From: a bacterium | Lineage (GTDB): Bacteria > UBA8248 > JACPRG01 > G963555815 | Assembly (NCBI GenBank): GCA_963555815.3 | Contig: CAUVWX020000001.1 | Location: forward strand, 1,056,001 to 1,120,000 | Length of the DNA: 64,000 nucleotides | Direction of reading: 5' to 3' | Shown here: positions 40,382-48,984 of the stretch, piece after piece | How positions within the stretch are numbered: the first letter of the stretch is position 1 | How the letters are laid out: each line of letters begins with the position of its first letter | The notes under the pieces: model-generated | Databases searched by the model: none | Seen by the model: only the letters and a program-made list of their open reading frames with translations | Told to the model about the DNA's origin: nothing | Translations under genes and position numbers: made by a program

Positions 40382-40939
40382 ATGCTCAAGACTCTTTTCC
40401 GTTTGAGCTCGCCTGTCCTGCTCGTCATGCTCTCGATCTTCAGGGCGGACGCCGAGACCCTGAAGGTTCGGGCCTCCCGCTTCATCGACGGGGACACCTT
40501 TGGGCTTTCAGTTCGGCTCATCGGGGTCGACACGCCCGAAACTCGATTCCCTGGGAAGCCCCCCGAACCCTTCGGCAAGGAGGCGTCCCGCTTCCTTCGG
40601 AAGCTCCTGGCTGGAACGACCCTCCGCCTCGAATTCGACCAGGATGCTGTCGACAGATATGGACGCCTCCTGGCTTATGTCTTCCTCCCCGATGAGACTT
40701 TTTTGAACGCGCTTTTGGTTTGTGAAGGGTATGCTCGTGCCTCTACCCATCCCCCCAATATTAAGTATGCCGATCTCTTTCGTCAACTTGAAAGGGAAGC
40801 CCGGGAGGCCCAAAGGGGGCTTTGGGGAATCCTGGACCCTCAGCCGGGCGATGGGCAAGAGACGAGACCGAATTCCGTCCTTGCTCACGAAGGAAACCTG
40901 TATGGATCTGAGGGGTGCAGAGAGAGGACTCGAAGATGA
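40382..40939 (+). CDS. Secreted thermonuclease (SNase) family protein
   Basis: Signal peptide, IDGDT, VRLIGVDTPE, DRYGRLLAYV and RGLW. Confidence 0.88.
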   Translation: MLKTLFRLSSPVLLVMLSIFRADAETLKVRASRFIDGDTFGLSVRLIGVDTPETRFPGKPPEPFGKEASRFLRKLLAGTTLRLEFDQDAVDRYGRLLAYVFLPDETFLNALLVCEGYARASTHPPNIKYADLFRQLEREAREAQRGLWGILDPQPGDGQETRPNSVLAHEGNLYGSEGCRERTRR

Positions 40940-41308
40940 GATAATTCGAAAGCCAGAAGATCGTTTATCGTTAGAAGAGCGCAACGGGCGTTACATATCT
41001 ACTAAAAGAGAGAGCCCGGGCACCTTTTCATCACTACGGTGTCCGTACAAGACCGAGCCCATAACCGACTCACACCGCGGGATCCTTGCCCCGTTCCTGA
41101 TGCTGGCCTCCTCATTCTCGTCCTGATCTCTTTCTCGGGCAAAGCTTCCCTTGGCGAAGGAGCCTCGTAGGGATTCAGCCCTTTGAAACCCTTTCACCTC
41201 CCCCCTTGGCCTCGTAACCGGGGAACTGGATGTCTTGGGCTTCCCCTGCCATTTTCAGTAAACCACTGACCTTCCAAGATCCCCTCGAAGTACCCAGACT
41301 CGCAAAGA

Positions 41309-41392
41309 ACTTTACGAAAAGGCCTTGAAGACTGTCAAGGGAAAAATACAATAGGTGGTGGATTATTTATGATTGCCTACCAAATGTATGAG
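41309..41392 (-). promoter_or_regulatory. Sigma70-type promoter with a pair of NrdR-box-like operators and no obvious target gene
   Basis: Minus strand TTGACA-18 bp-TAAAGT (41309-41338). Boxes ATACAATAGGTGGTGG (41346) and CTACCAAATGTATGAG (41377), 31 bp apart. Confidence 0.5.
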
Positions 41393-41698
41393 GTTGAGCG
41401 CTTTGCGCGTTTGAGCAAAAATTAGACGAAAGTCATTAGAGGCCCCCCCCCTGAGTTAGGGGGCAGCTGAAACTCCCTCTCCAAAAAAAGCCCGCTCACA
41501 TTGACCACCCGCAGGCCGCGACGTGATGTCCTTGCGGTCTTGACGCAGCGCCTTCCTCCAGAGCACACTGGTGCCCTTTGTGAGAGCTGGGCGATTGCCT
41601 TGGAAAGCCACAGGGACACACAGAAAGCGCGACGGGGTTCGGTTTCCCCGTGATTGCTGTCCCCAACGAGGTCCTTTGAGACTGGAAGGAGAGTCTGG

Positions 41699-43078
41699 AT
41701 GGAGGCAGGTTACCGGCAGGAGAGGGGAGGGACGAAGATGGCGGTGGTCCTCGCCGCCGGTTGTGGCTCCCGGCTGTGGAGCCAGCGGCGGCTTCCGCCG
41801 AAACCGCTGGTTCGGGTTCTGGGTGTGAGCCTGCTGGAGAGACAGCTGCGTGGACTTTCACGGCTTCCCGGCCTCGAAGAGGTGATCGTCGTGATTGGGC
41901 ACGAAGCGGAGGTCGTTCGCCAGTGGCTGGAGCGCAGCGGTCCCTGGCCGTTTGTCCTGCGGACGGTGGAAAACCCGGAGTGGGAAAAGGGAAATGGGAC
42001 CTCCCTTGACGCGGTCAAAGACCTGGTGGATGGGCAGGGCTTCTTTGTGCTGATGGTGGATCACCTCTATGAACCATCCACCTTGGAGATCTTTGTGAAC
42101 GAAGTGAGGGGGGATCTGGCCCTTGCGGTGTCCGTCGAGCAGGATCACATTCTGGACCTGGACGACGCCACGAAGGTGCAGATCGATGAAAGCAATATTG
42201 TCCGAGCCATCGGCAAGAATTTATCCGATTTCAACGCGGTTGAGATCGGCCTCTTTCGCTTGGACGGTCGGATCTTCGACTGCCTCAAACAGGCCTTCCA
42301 CGCGGGGAAGTATAACCTTGTCACCGGTGTCCAGCACCTGATTGCCGAAACGCCCCTTCGCGCCGTCCCGTCCCCCTGCCCCGTCTTCGACATCGATACC
42401 TGGCAGGACCTTCGACATGCAGAGCGGCACCTTATGCGGCAGATCCCTTCCGGTCGGGACGGCTTGGTGGCGAGGCATTTGAATCGCCGACTCTCCCTCC
42501 CGGTTTCCCGATGGCTGGTCAACTTCGGCGTCAAACCTATCCAGGTCACCCTCTTCGCCTTCGCGATGTCTGTGGTGTCCGGCCTTCTCTTTGCCCTCGG
42601 TCTTCCGGTGGCGGGAGGGCTGATGGCACAGGCGAGCTCGGTGGTGGACGGGATGGACGGGGAGATCGCTAGGCTCCGCGGGGCCACCAGTCGTTTCGGC
42701 GGCTTCATTGATTCGTTGTTGGATCGCCTGGGAGAGGGGGCTATTCTGGTGGGTCTCGGCCTCTTTGCCCTCTCCGGGGCGCCCGGATCGACGACCTTCG
42801 TCCTCGGAAATGTATCAGCCCTCGCCCTGTTGGTCAGTCCCCTCTCCATGGCGGTGAAGGACCGCTACTCTGTCGTCTACAAGCGCCCCTACTTATCCGA
42901 CGACCTCGATGGCTGGGCGCGCTTCCTCCTGGCGAACCACGACGGAAGGATGTTTCTCGTCTGCCTGGGGGGAATCTTCTCCCTCCCGCGTCTAACGCTG
43001 GCGCTATTGGTCGGTCTCGGATTGATCCAGGCCGTTTACCGCATCTGGCGGGTGAGGCGGACCGAACCCTCTCATTAG
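41699..43078 (+). CDS. Bifunctional NTP-transferase / CDP-alcohol phosphotransferase (IPCT/DIPPS-like)
   Basis: LAAGCGSRL..PKPL, NPEWEKGNGTS and DDATKV, followed by DGMDGEIARLRGATSRFGGFIDSLLDR. Confidence 0.85.
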   Translation: MEAGYRQERGGTKMAVVLAAGCGSRLWSQRRLPPKPLVRVLGVSLLERQLRGLSRLPGLEEVIVVIGHEAEVVRQWLERSGPWPFVLRTVENPEWEKGNGTSLDAVKDLVDGQGFFVLMVDHLYEPSTLEIFVNEVRGDLALAVSVEQDHILDLDDATKVQIDESNIVRAIGKNLSDFNAVEIGLFRLDGRIFDCLKQAFHAGKYNLVTGVQHLIAETPLRAVPSPCPVFDIDTWQDLRHAERHLMRQIPSGRDGLVARHLNRRLSLPVSRWLVNFGVKPIQVTLFAFAMSVVSGLLFALGLPVAGGLMAQASSVVDGMDGEIARLRGATSRFGGFIDSLLDRLGEGAILVGLGLFALSGAPGSTTFVLGNVSALALLVSPLSMAVKDRYSVVYKRPYLSDDLDGWARFLLANHDGRMFLVCLGGIFSLPRLTLALLVGLGLIQAVYRIWRVRRTEPSH

Positions 43079-43107
43079 ACGGTCGCAGGGGGGGCAGCAA
43101 GCGAGGA

Positions 43108-43131
43108 CATGGTGGGCGATGCGGGACTCGA
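43108..43131 (-). repeat. 24-bp copy of the tRNA-Arg 3' end (outer att remnant)
   Basis: CATGGTGGGCGATGCGGGACTCGA is identical to 50314-50337. Confidence 0.88.
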
Positions 43132-43159
43132 GCCTGTCTTTATCCCTAATCAGGAGAAC

Positions 43160-43714
43160 CTAGGCCAACAACCCGAGAAAGTCTAGAAACCCTCGGTACG
43201 TCTTGCGTCCGATGCGACGGCGGTTCCACGTCTTCACTTTTTCGGAGTAGGCCTCGGCCTCACGCTCGTTCCAATTCAGGAGCGCGCGCAGGCTCCGGCG
43301 GGTGACCTTGCCATCGCTCTCATATAGACATTCTGCGACACGACTCAGAGAAAGCCGTTCCACAGCGCCAGTCTTTGAGAGCGTGATTTCAAATGGATGC
43401 TGCCGGCAAGTGACGGGTCGGTGTTCGTAGATAGAACACTGGTTGTCAGGGGTGAGAAACACACAATGGTTGCGCTTCCAGCGCAGGGCCATCACTGCCC
43501 TACTTTTTGCGAAGCGGACCCAAAGGTGATTGCGCTTGTCTAGGTTGACTTCCCGCTCTGGGAAAAAGTTCACGAATTCCTCGGGTGACTTCCCAGTTCC
43601 ATCAACGATGCGTTCGATGTCTTCCGTGCTGATGCACACCACCGTCTCCCGACAGCAGTTCCCGCAGCCGGTGCAACGGAATTTCAGCAGTTCGTGCCAC
43701 TTTTCTGTGCTCAT
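43160..43714 (-). CDS. YkgJ-family cysteine-cluster (Fe-S/Zn) protein
   Basis: FRCTGCGNCC, CVFL and CSIYEHRPVTCRQHPF. Confidence 0.9.
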   Translation of the reverse strand: MSTEKWHELLKFRCTGCGNCCRETVVCISTEDIERIVDGTGKSPEEFVNFFPEREVNLDKRNHLWVRFAKSRAVMALRWKRNHCVFLTPDNQCSIYEHRPVTCRQHPFEITLSKTGAVERLSLSRVAECLYESDGKVTRRSLRALLNWNEREAEAYSEKVKTWNRRRIGRKTYRGFLDFLGLLA

Positions 43715-43775
43715 ATTCCCCTGAAAATCGGCGATAGAGAAAGGGCCGCGGCAATCGCCGCAACCCCACGGATTC

Positions 43776-43822
43776 CATGGTGGGCGATGCGGGACTCGAA
43801 CCCACGGCCTTTGGTTCCGGAG
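43776..43822 (-). repeat. 47-bp copy of the tRNA-Arg 3' half (att site)
   Basis: Identical to 50314-50360; the identity ends at the anticodon loop. Confidence 0.95.
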
Positions 43823-44135
43823 TGCAGTTCAACATCGCCTCCGATCCCGCATACTACCTTGCAAAGCCAAGACTGACAAGACTTTTCTGGTAACGGGACA
43901 GTCTTACGGAATGACACCGATTCACATGGATTGGGATGGGTTATGGACACCAGTCTAAAAGCCCACGAATGAACAGGGATGCGCGATACAACCCGCTAAC
44001 TTTTTCAGTGTCCCGCCGAACCTCTTGGGCGCACCCCCAAAGGGGCACGTCATATTATGGTTCCTGCGGATGCACCCCACAGACAAAAGGCCCCCTATGA
44101 GACTGTCTGACGCAATTCACAATGGAGAAAAACAA

Positions 44136-44442
44136 ATGAGCGAGTTTCTGAGCGTGCAAGGAATTAGGATGCCTCTTAGGGGTCTCCAGGGCGTCCGTTT
44201 ATAGGCGTATGGAGGAGGGGATGCCCTACCTCAAGGTAGGTAGCTTGACCAGGTTTTCTAGGGACCAGGTGATTTCTTGGCTAGAGGGCCAGGAAAGTGA
44301 CCAGGAGGAGGAAAGCATCCTCTCCATTGGCGATTATAGATGTCTTGGCTGCGGCTGGGTCGGTCATGTGGAGAGACCGAGGCCCCTCAGTGAGATTTGG
44401 TGTCCGAAGTGCGGGGCAAAGGCACAGGTGGAAGCTGCATGA
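44136..44442 (+). pseudogene. Excisionase-like HTH plus C-terminal Zn ribbon, +1 frameshift near 44160
   Basis: MSEFLSVQ / ELGCLLGVSRASVYRRMEEGMPYLKVGSLTRFSRDQVISWL, then CLGCG..CPKCG. Confidence 0.75.
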
Positions 44443-44585
44443 GGCCAGGGATGCAACCTAGATTTTGTTGTAGCCGGCGGCAGGGCGGCGTCCCAGCGTC
44501 TAATTTCAACGCAAACCTCGAACCCCTACCCCGGACACCTGTCTGGCAATTTGGATTCAAAATATTGCGTGGAGACCTGTCCTCA

Positions 44586-44750
44586 GGAACATCAAGCTGG
44601 ACGGCAGAGGGCTGGGAGAAGAGTTTCTACACGCCTGGAACCCGTCCCTCTGACTACCTTGTGGCCTACGCCCAGAAGTTCAATACCGTTGAGTACGTTG
44701 CCACCTTCTACAGGACCCCTTCTGCCAGGACAGTGGAGGGCTGGAGGCGA
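44586..44750 (+). pseudogene. N-terminal fragment of a DUF72 protein
   Basis: GTSSWTAEGW..FY...YAQKFNTVE..TFYRTP..TVEGW; the remainder is absent. Confidence 0.75.
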
Positions 44751-44812
44751 GGAGCTTTGGATAGCGATGGGGGGGGAAATCTCTTGGATACAATGGGACC
44801 AGACTGCTTACC

Positions 44813-44944
44813 TCAGAACCCATCACCTAAGGCAGGTGGCTCCCTAGGCTCCTCCTCGGTAGCCTCAACGTCAATGGCTTTTTGCTCTAGCTTATCCTCT
44901 CGCTTTAGCGAGAATTTAGCAAAGAAGGCGACAAGGTTTTCCAT
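44813..44944 (-). other. 43-aa coding unit, copy A (small ORF or orphan gene tail)
   Basis: MENLVAFFAKFSLKREDKLEQKAIDVEATEEEPREPPALGDGF*; paralogous to 46767-46898. Confidence 0.7.
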
Positions 44945-44986
44945 CCCATCCTGACGGCGTTCCTTGGATTATCTAGCTTATATCGG

Positions 44987-45175
44987 CTAGCAAATTTTAG
45001 AATTAAGGCATATTCCAATCGATATGTCCCTAACATCCTCCTGGATTTGCTGCACTACGGACGCTGATACCTGCGCCCCTGCTGAAGGCGGCCGAATCCA
45101 GGTATTTAATGCGTTCATCCAAAGTTCCGCTGCAATAAGAGCCAAGAGAACTCTAGTCCATCTGTCGAATGCCAT
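44987..45175 (-). CDS. Small hypothetical membrane or secreted protein
   Basis: 62 aa, GGGAGG RBS, N-terminal DRWTRVLLALIAA hydrophobic segment. Confidence 0.6.
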   Translation of the reverse strand: MAFDRWTRVLLALIAAELWMNALNTWIRPPSAGAQVSASVVQQIQEDVRDISIGICLNSKIC

Positions 45176-45307
45176 ATTGAGACCCTCCCCTTTTTACGAA
45201 AAGTTCATCTTGCCCCTTTGCCGTCCTAAGTGGGTTAAGCGTTGCATCACGGCTTCCACCTCGGCTCGTTCATCGTTTCCCCCCTTCCATTGGAGCTCTT
45301 AGCCCGC

Positions 45308-45844
45308 TCACTTATCAGGGTTCGCCCGATTCCAGTCGGCTGCGAAGGCGGTCAGGCCATCCTCGAGCCACTGCCTGATGTCGTTCTGAACACCGGAAAT
45401 ATGTCCCATCACCAATTTTCTCTCAAGCCACAAAACCGTAGGAACCCGGTGCCCACTGAGCTCAACGGTGTCCAGAAGTTCAATCCTTACGAAAGCGGCA
45501 CGATTGTCCTCTAACCCTCCCGAAATAAACTCTTCACTCAGTTCAGTCACACCAACCTGGATAACAGGAAGGGAAATGTTCTCGGAAAGCAACTCTTGCT
45601 GCTCAGCCAAATCCAGCACCTTAACCTTTGGCAGCATGGCCCGAAGCGCAACTAAGACAAAATCTTCCAATCCCTTCTCAGTAAGCCCAAACGCATCTTT
45701 TCCCTCTACAGTGATAACAACTTCGACTTTGATCGCAGAGAGTCCTTCAAGCTCTAGGCAGTCTCCACTAGGACATCCAGCCCCTGCCACCGAAGGGGAG
45801 ACCCCCAGAAGAAGCCCCGCTAGTAAGCCCGCTATAAGCTTCAT
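45308..45844 (-). CDS. Hypothetical secreted protein
   Basis: AGGAGG RBS, signal peptide, 178 aa. Confidence 0.7.
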   Translation of the reverse strand: MKLIAGLLAGLLLGVSPSVAGAGCPSGDCLELEGLSAIKVEVVITVEGKDAFGLTEKGLEDFVLVALRAMLPKVKVLDLAEQQELLSENISLPVIQVGVTELSEEFISGGLEDNRAAFVRIELLDTVELSGHRVPTVLWLERKLVMGHISGVQNDIRQWLEDGLTAFAADWNRANPDK

Positions 45845-45923
45845 CGCCCTTCCTCCTTTCTCCTGAATTTGTGACTAAATGATACCCGCCCCCAGGGGGG
45901 AGAGGGAAGCTTTTCGCAATGCC

Positions 45924-45967
45924 GTGGCGTCCTGTAGACTTAGAAGTGGCGTCCTGTAGACTTAGAA
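45924..45967 (+). repeat. Perfect 22-bp tandem duplication
   Basis: GTGGCGTCCTGTAGACTTAGAA occurs twice in tandem. Confidence 0.95.
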
Positions 45968-46116
45968 AATGGCCAATTTTGGAGAAGAGGAGGTGTCTGG
46001 ACGCCTATTCCTAGACATCTCAAGCTGGATAGCGGAAGGAGAGAGTTTTGGTTGTCTTTCTCTTGTTTGGCTAACTAAACTGTGCCTAGATTCCTGCTGC
46101 AATAGAGGTAACTAGT

Positions 46117-46710
46117 ATGAGGCGAAGCACTTTTGCTTTAGTCGCTTTTCTCCTAGTGGCCACCCCGGCCCAGGCGGACTTTGATGACGGAGTCGAAGCC
46201 TATCGAGGGGGCGATTACAAAACCGCCTTTGAGGAATTCAAACCCTTGGCCGATGAGGGACATGCCGACGCCCAGTATTTTCTCGGCGTCATGTACGGCG
46301 TGGGCCTACGGGTGCCGCAGGATAATGGCGAGGCGGTGAAATGGTACCAGAAGGCAGCTGAACAGGGACATGTTAAAGCCCAGAATAACCTCGGGGTCAT
46401 GTACGAAAATGGCCAAGGGGTGCCGCAGGATTATGCCGAGGCGTTGAAATGGCACCAGAAGGCAGCTGAGCAGGGATTGGCCCAAGCCCAGTATAACCTC
46501 GCGCTCATGTACGCCAACGGCCAAGGGGTGCCGCAGGATTACATCCTGAGTTATATGTGGTTCACGCTGGCGGCTTCAGAGATCAGGGTTGGCGAAGACG
46601 CCTTAACAAATCTGGCCATAATCGATCAACTCATGACATCTGATCAGATTGATGAGGCTCAGCGGCTCGCACACAATTGGAAGCCAAAAGAATCTGGAGG
46701 AGATGAGTAG
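46117..46710 (+). CDS. Secreted Sel1-repeat protein
   Basis: Signal peptide, repeated AQxNLGVMYxNGQGVPQD and KAAEQG. Confidence 0.93.
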   Translation: MRRSTFALVAFLLVATPAQADFDDGVEAYRGGDYKTAFEEFKPLADEGHADAQYFLGVMYGVGLRVPQDNGEAVKWYQKAAEQGHVKAQNNLGVMYENGQGVPQDYAEALKWHQKAAEQGLAQAQYNLALMYANGQGVPQDYILSYMWFTLAASEIRVGEDALTNLAIIDQLMTSDQIDEAQRLAHNWKPKESGGDE

Positions 46711-46766
46711 CACCGATCTAGCAATAAACCCTGTCAAAGAAATTACACAAGGCACTAGCCCCCGAC

Positions 46767-46898
46767 TCAGGACCCACTTTCGAGGGCAGGGAGGCCTTTT
46801 AGGCCCTTCTCACTTGCCTCAACGTCTATCGCTCCTTCTTTCGCCTTGTCCTCTCGCTTCAGCGTGAACTTGGCAAAGAAGGCAACAAGGTTTTCCAT
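46767..46898 (-). other. 43-aa coding unit, copy B
   Basis: MENLVAFFAKFTLKREDKAKEGAIDVEASEKGLKGLPALESGS*. Confidence 0.7.
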
Positions 46899-46999
46899 CC
46901 CATCCTGACGACGACATTTTTACTCCTGGAAAACGTTTATTGACAACCCAAAGGTGTCGTCCAATACGAAGGGCACAGCCCCTCGACATTAAACTAAAT

Positions 47000-47809
47000 T
47001 CAGAAGCGCCACACCGCCAGTGCTTGCGGTGCTATTTCATCTGTTGCGGCGTCACCTAGTTTGTTGATCCAGAACTGAAGATCCAATCCAACATAGAATC
47101 GGCCAACTCCGCCAAGCAACTTGCCCAGATCGTACCGGAACTGCGGCTGTCCGAGAATATGCCACTTCACGTTATTGCCCAACTCGTTGTCCCTACCGCC
47201 AATATATTCAATATGACCTTCCACGCTGAAGTCTTGATTACCAATGCTAAAAGGAAGCGCCCAGTTAAAGTCAATCATAAAGCTATTATCTTCGGCGGGG
47301 GCTCCACCGGCTGCAAGCCCTCTGCTGTGGTCGATGTAAGCTGTCACATCCAGGTTTGCAAAAGCGAACCGAGGAATACTCCACGCAAATCGAACACCAG
47401 GAAGATACTTTCGAGCCTTAGCTTCCGATGACCAATTAAACCCGCCAATCAGACCGACGTCGGAAAGAGGACCGCCCCAATTCTTGCTGCCTCGAATTTT
47501 ATTAAAACTAAGATTCGCATAGAACTCGGCATAGACGGCTAGATCATTAAAATTTTGGTTACCGCTATCAAGGAAGTCGACGAAGAAGAAATTATCTCCA
47601 TACTTCCAGCCACTAGCATGCTGGAGAGTCAGAATATGCGTGTATGAATCGCCCCCACCGGCTAAGGTCGGTGTATCAAGATTACCAAAATTATATTGGA
47701 GTTCCGTAATACCATAGTCCGCAGAATGCGCTGGGGATGTGAATACGGAAACGGCAATTACCAAGAACCCGATCGTACTGCCGAGCCACCACTTCACCGA
47801 TAATTCCAT
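47000..47809 (-). CDS. Tsx-like (nucleoside-binding/DUF5020-type) outer membrane protein
   Basis: Signal peptide, TLQHASGWKYGDNFFFVD, QPQFRYDLG and a C-terminal WRF. Confidence 0.78.
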   Translation of the reverse strand: MELSVKWWLGSTIGFLVIAVSVFTSPAHSADYGITELQYNFGNLDTPTLAGGGDSYTHILTLQHASGWKYGDNFFFVDFLDSGNQNFNDLAVYAEFYANLSFNKIRGSKNWGGPLSDVGLIGGFNWSSEAKARKYLPGVRFAWSIPRFAFANLDVTAYIDHSRGLAAGGAPAEDNSFMIDFNWALPFSIGNQDFSVEGHIEYIGGRDNELGNNVKWHILGQPQFRYDLGKLLGGVGRFYVGLDLQFWINKLGDAATDEIAPQALAVWRF

Positions 47810-47931
47810 CCTAAGACGTTAAAATTGAGACGTCCTCTGGTCGACAAAAATGGCACAATACATCCCTTTTCTCTAGAATGTCTACACCGATAGTGAAGGA
47901 CGGTCATTGATATTCCATAAACCCCACCACG

Positions 47932-48026
47932 TCAGGAATTATTGCCTGCGCCAGGCAGTCTCTTCGGGTTCTCCTCGATGGGCTCGACGTCAACCACCCT
48001 TTCTTTTGGCTCATCTCCTACCCTTT
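47932..48026 (-). other. Diverged partial copy C of the 43-aa unit
   Basis: [31 protein letters not shown]; 16 residues from DVE to the stop, as in copies A and B. Confidence 0.55.
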
Positions 48027-48949
48027 TTGCAATTGAGTCTTCAGAACGATAGGAAGCGTGACTGTAAACTTTGATCCCTTTCCTACCTCACTCTCAACCC
48101 GAATGTCCCCACCTAAAAGGTCCGCGAGCTTCTTGGCAATCGCCAGCCCCAGACCCGTACCACCGCGTCCTCCCCCACCTGATGGGTCCGCTTGACGAAA
48201 CTCCTCAAAAATGTAGTTCAGCGCCTTTTATCCATGCCAATTCCTGTGTCGGAGACTTCCAGTGCCAGGTGTCCATCTTCATGCCAGGCCGAAACCTTCA
48301 CCTCGCCCTTCTCGGTGAACTTCGCCGCATTGCTCAGGAGATTAAGAAGAATCTGTCCCAGTTTCTCTTGATCTGTCGCCAGGCGTGGGATATCAGGTCT
48401 GATCTCCTGGATGAGACGCACTTGGCCAGCCTTTAACATCGGCTTCACGGTTGACGCCGCTGTATGGATGACATCTTGGACATTGAACGATTGGACAAAG
48501 ACCTCCATCCGGCCGGCCTCTATCTTGGAGAGGTCAAGCAACCCGTTGATGAGATTGAGAAGGTGCTCCGAGCTGATGAGAACCTTTTGCAGGTTTTCCG
48601 CTTGCAAGGTCGGGATTTGTCCCTCGGTCTTCCGCAGAACCAAACCGGTGAAACCCATGATGGAGTTGAGGGGCGTACGCAGCTCATGGGACATACTGGC
48701 CAGAAAGTCGCCCTTGGTGCGGCTCGCTTCCTCGGCGGTCTCTTTGGCCGCTTGTAGCTCTTGGTTCTTTTGCCCTAACAGCCCCTTCTGCTCGTCAAGT
48801 TCTCGTATGACCGATTGAAAGACGGTGTCATATTGATCCTTGGCTTCCTCCAAGGTTTTGCGATTCGCTTCGGAGCGGGCGAGTTGCTTCCGAAGGATGC
48901 GATTTTCCCGCTCGAGCTTCTGAAGACTGGCTTGGGAGTCTTCCGTCAT
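48018..48949 (-). pseudogene. Sensor histidine kinase with a frameshift near 48225
   Basis: [19 protein letters not shown] and DTGIG. The shifted frame continues [33 protein letters not shown] to a stop at 48018. Confidence 0.88.
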
Positions 48950-48984
48950 GTTGTGTTTCCCGAATCCCTGACAAACCGGCTAAT

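Noticed and set aside
40130..41500. Replication origin
   Set aside because: No TTATCCACA-type DnaA box cluster and no dnaA nearby.
41400..41698. Riboswitch upstream of the IPCT/DIPPS gene
   Set aside because: Some hairpins are possible, but I could not match any known aptamer consensus; an Rfam scan would settle it.
45924..45967. CRISPR array
   Set aside because: Only two adjacent copies with no spacer, and no cas genes.
44813..48026. Classical integron with attC sites
   Set aside because: The repeats are protein-coding-like and lack RYYYAAC/GTTRRRY palindromic ends, and the integrase fragment has no IntI-specific insertion.
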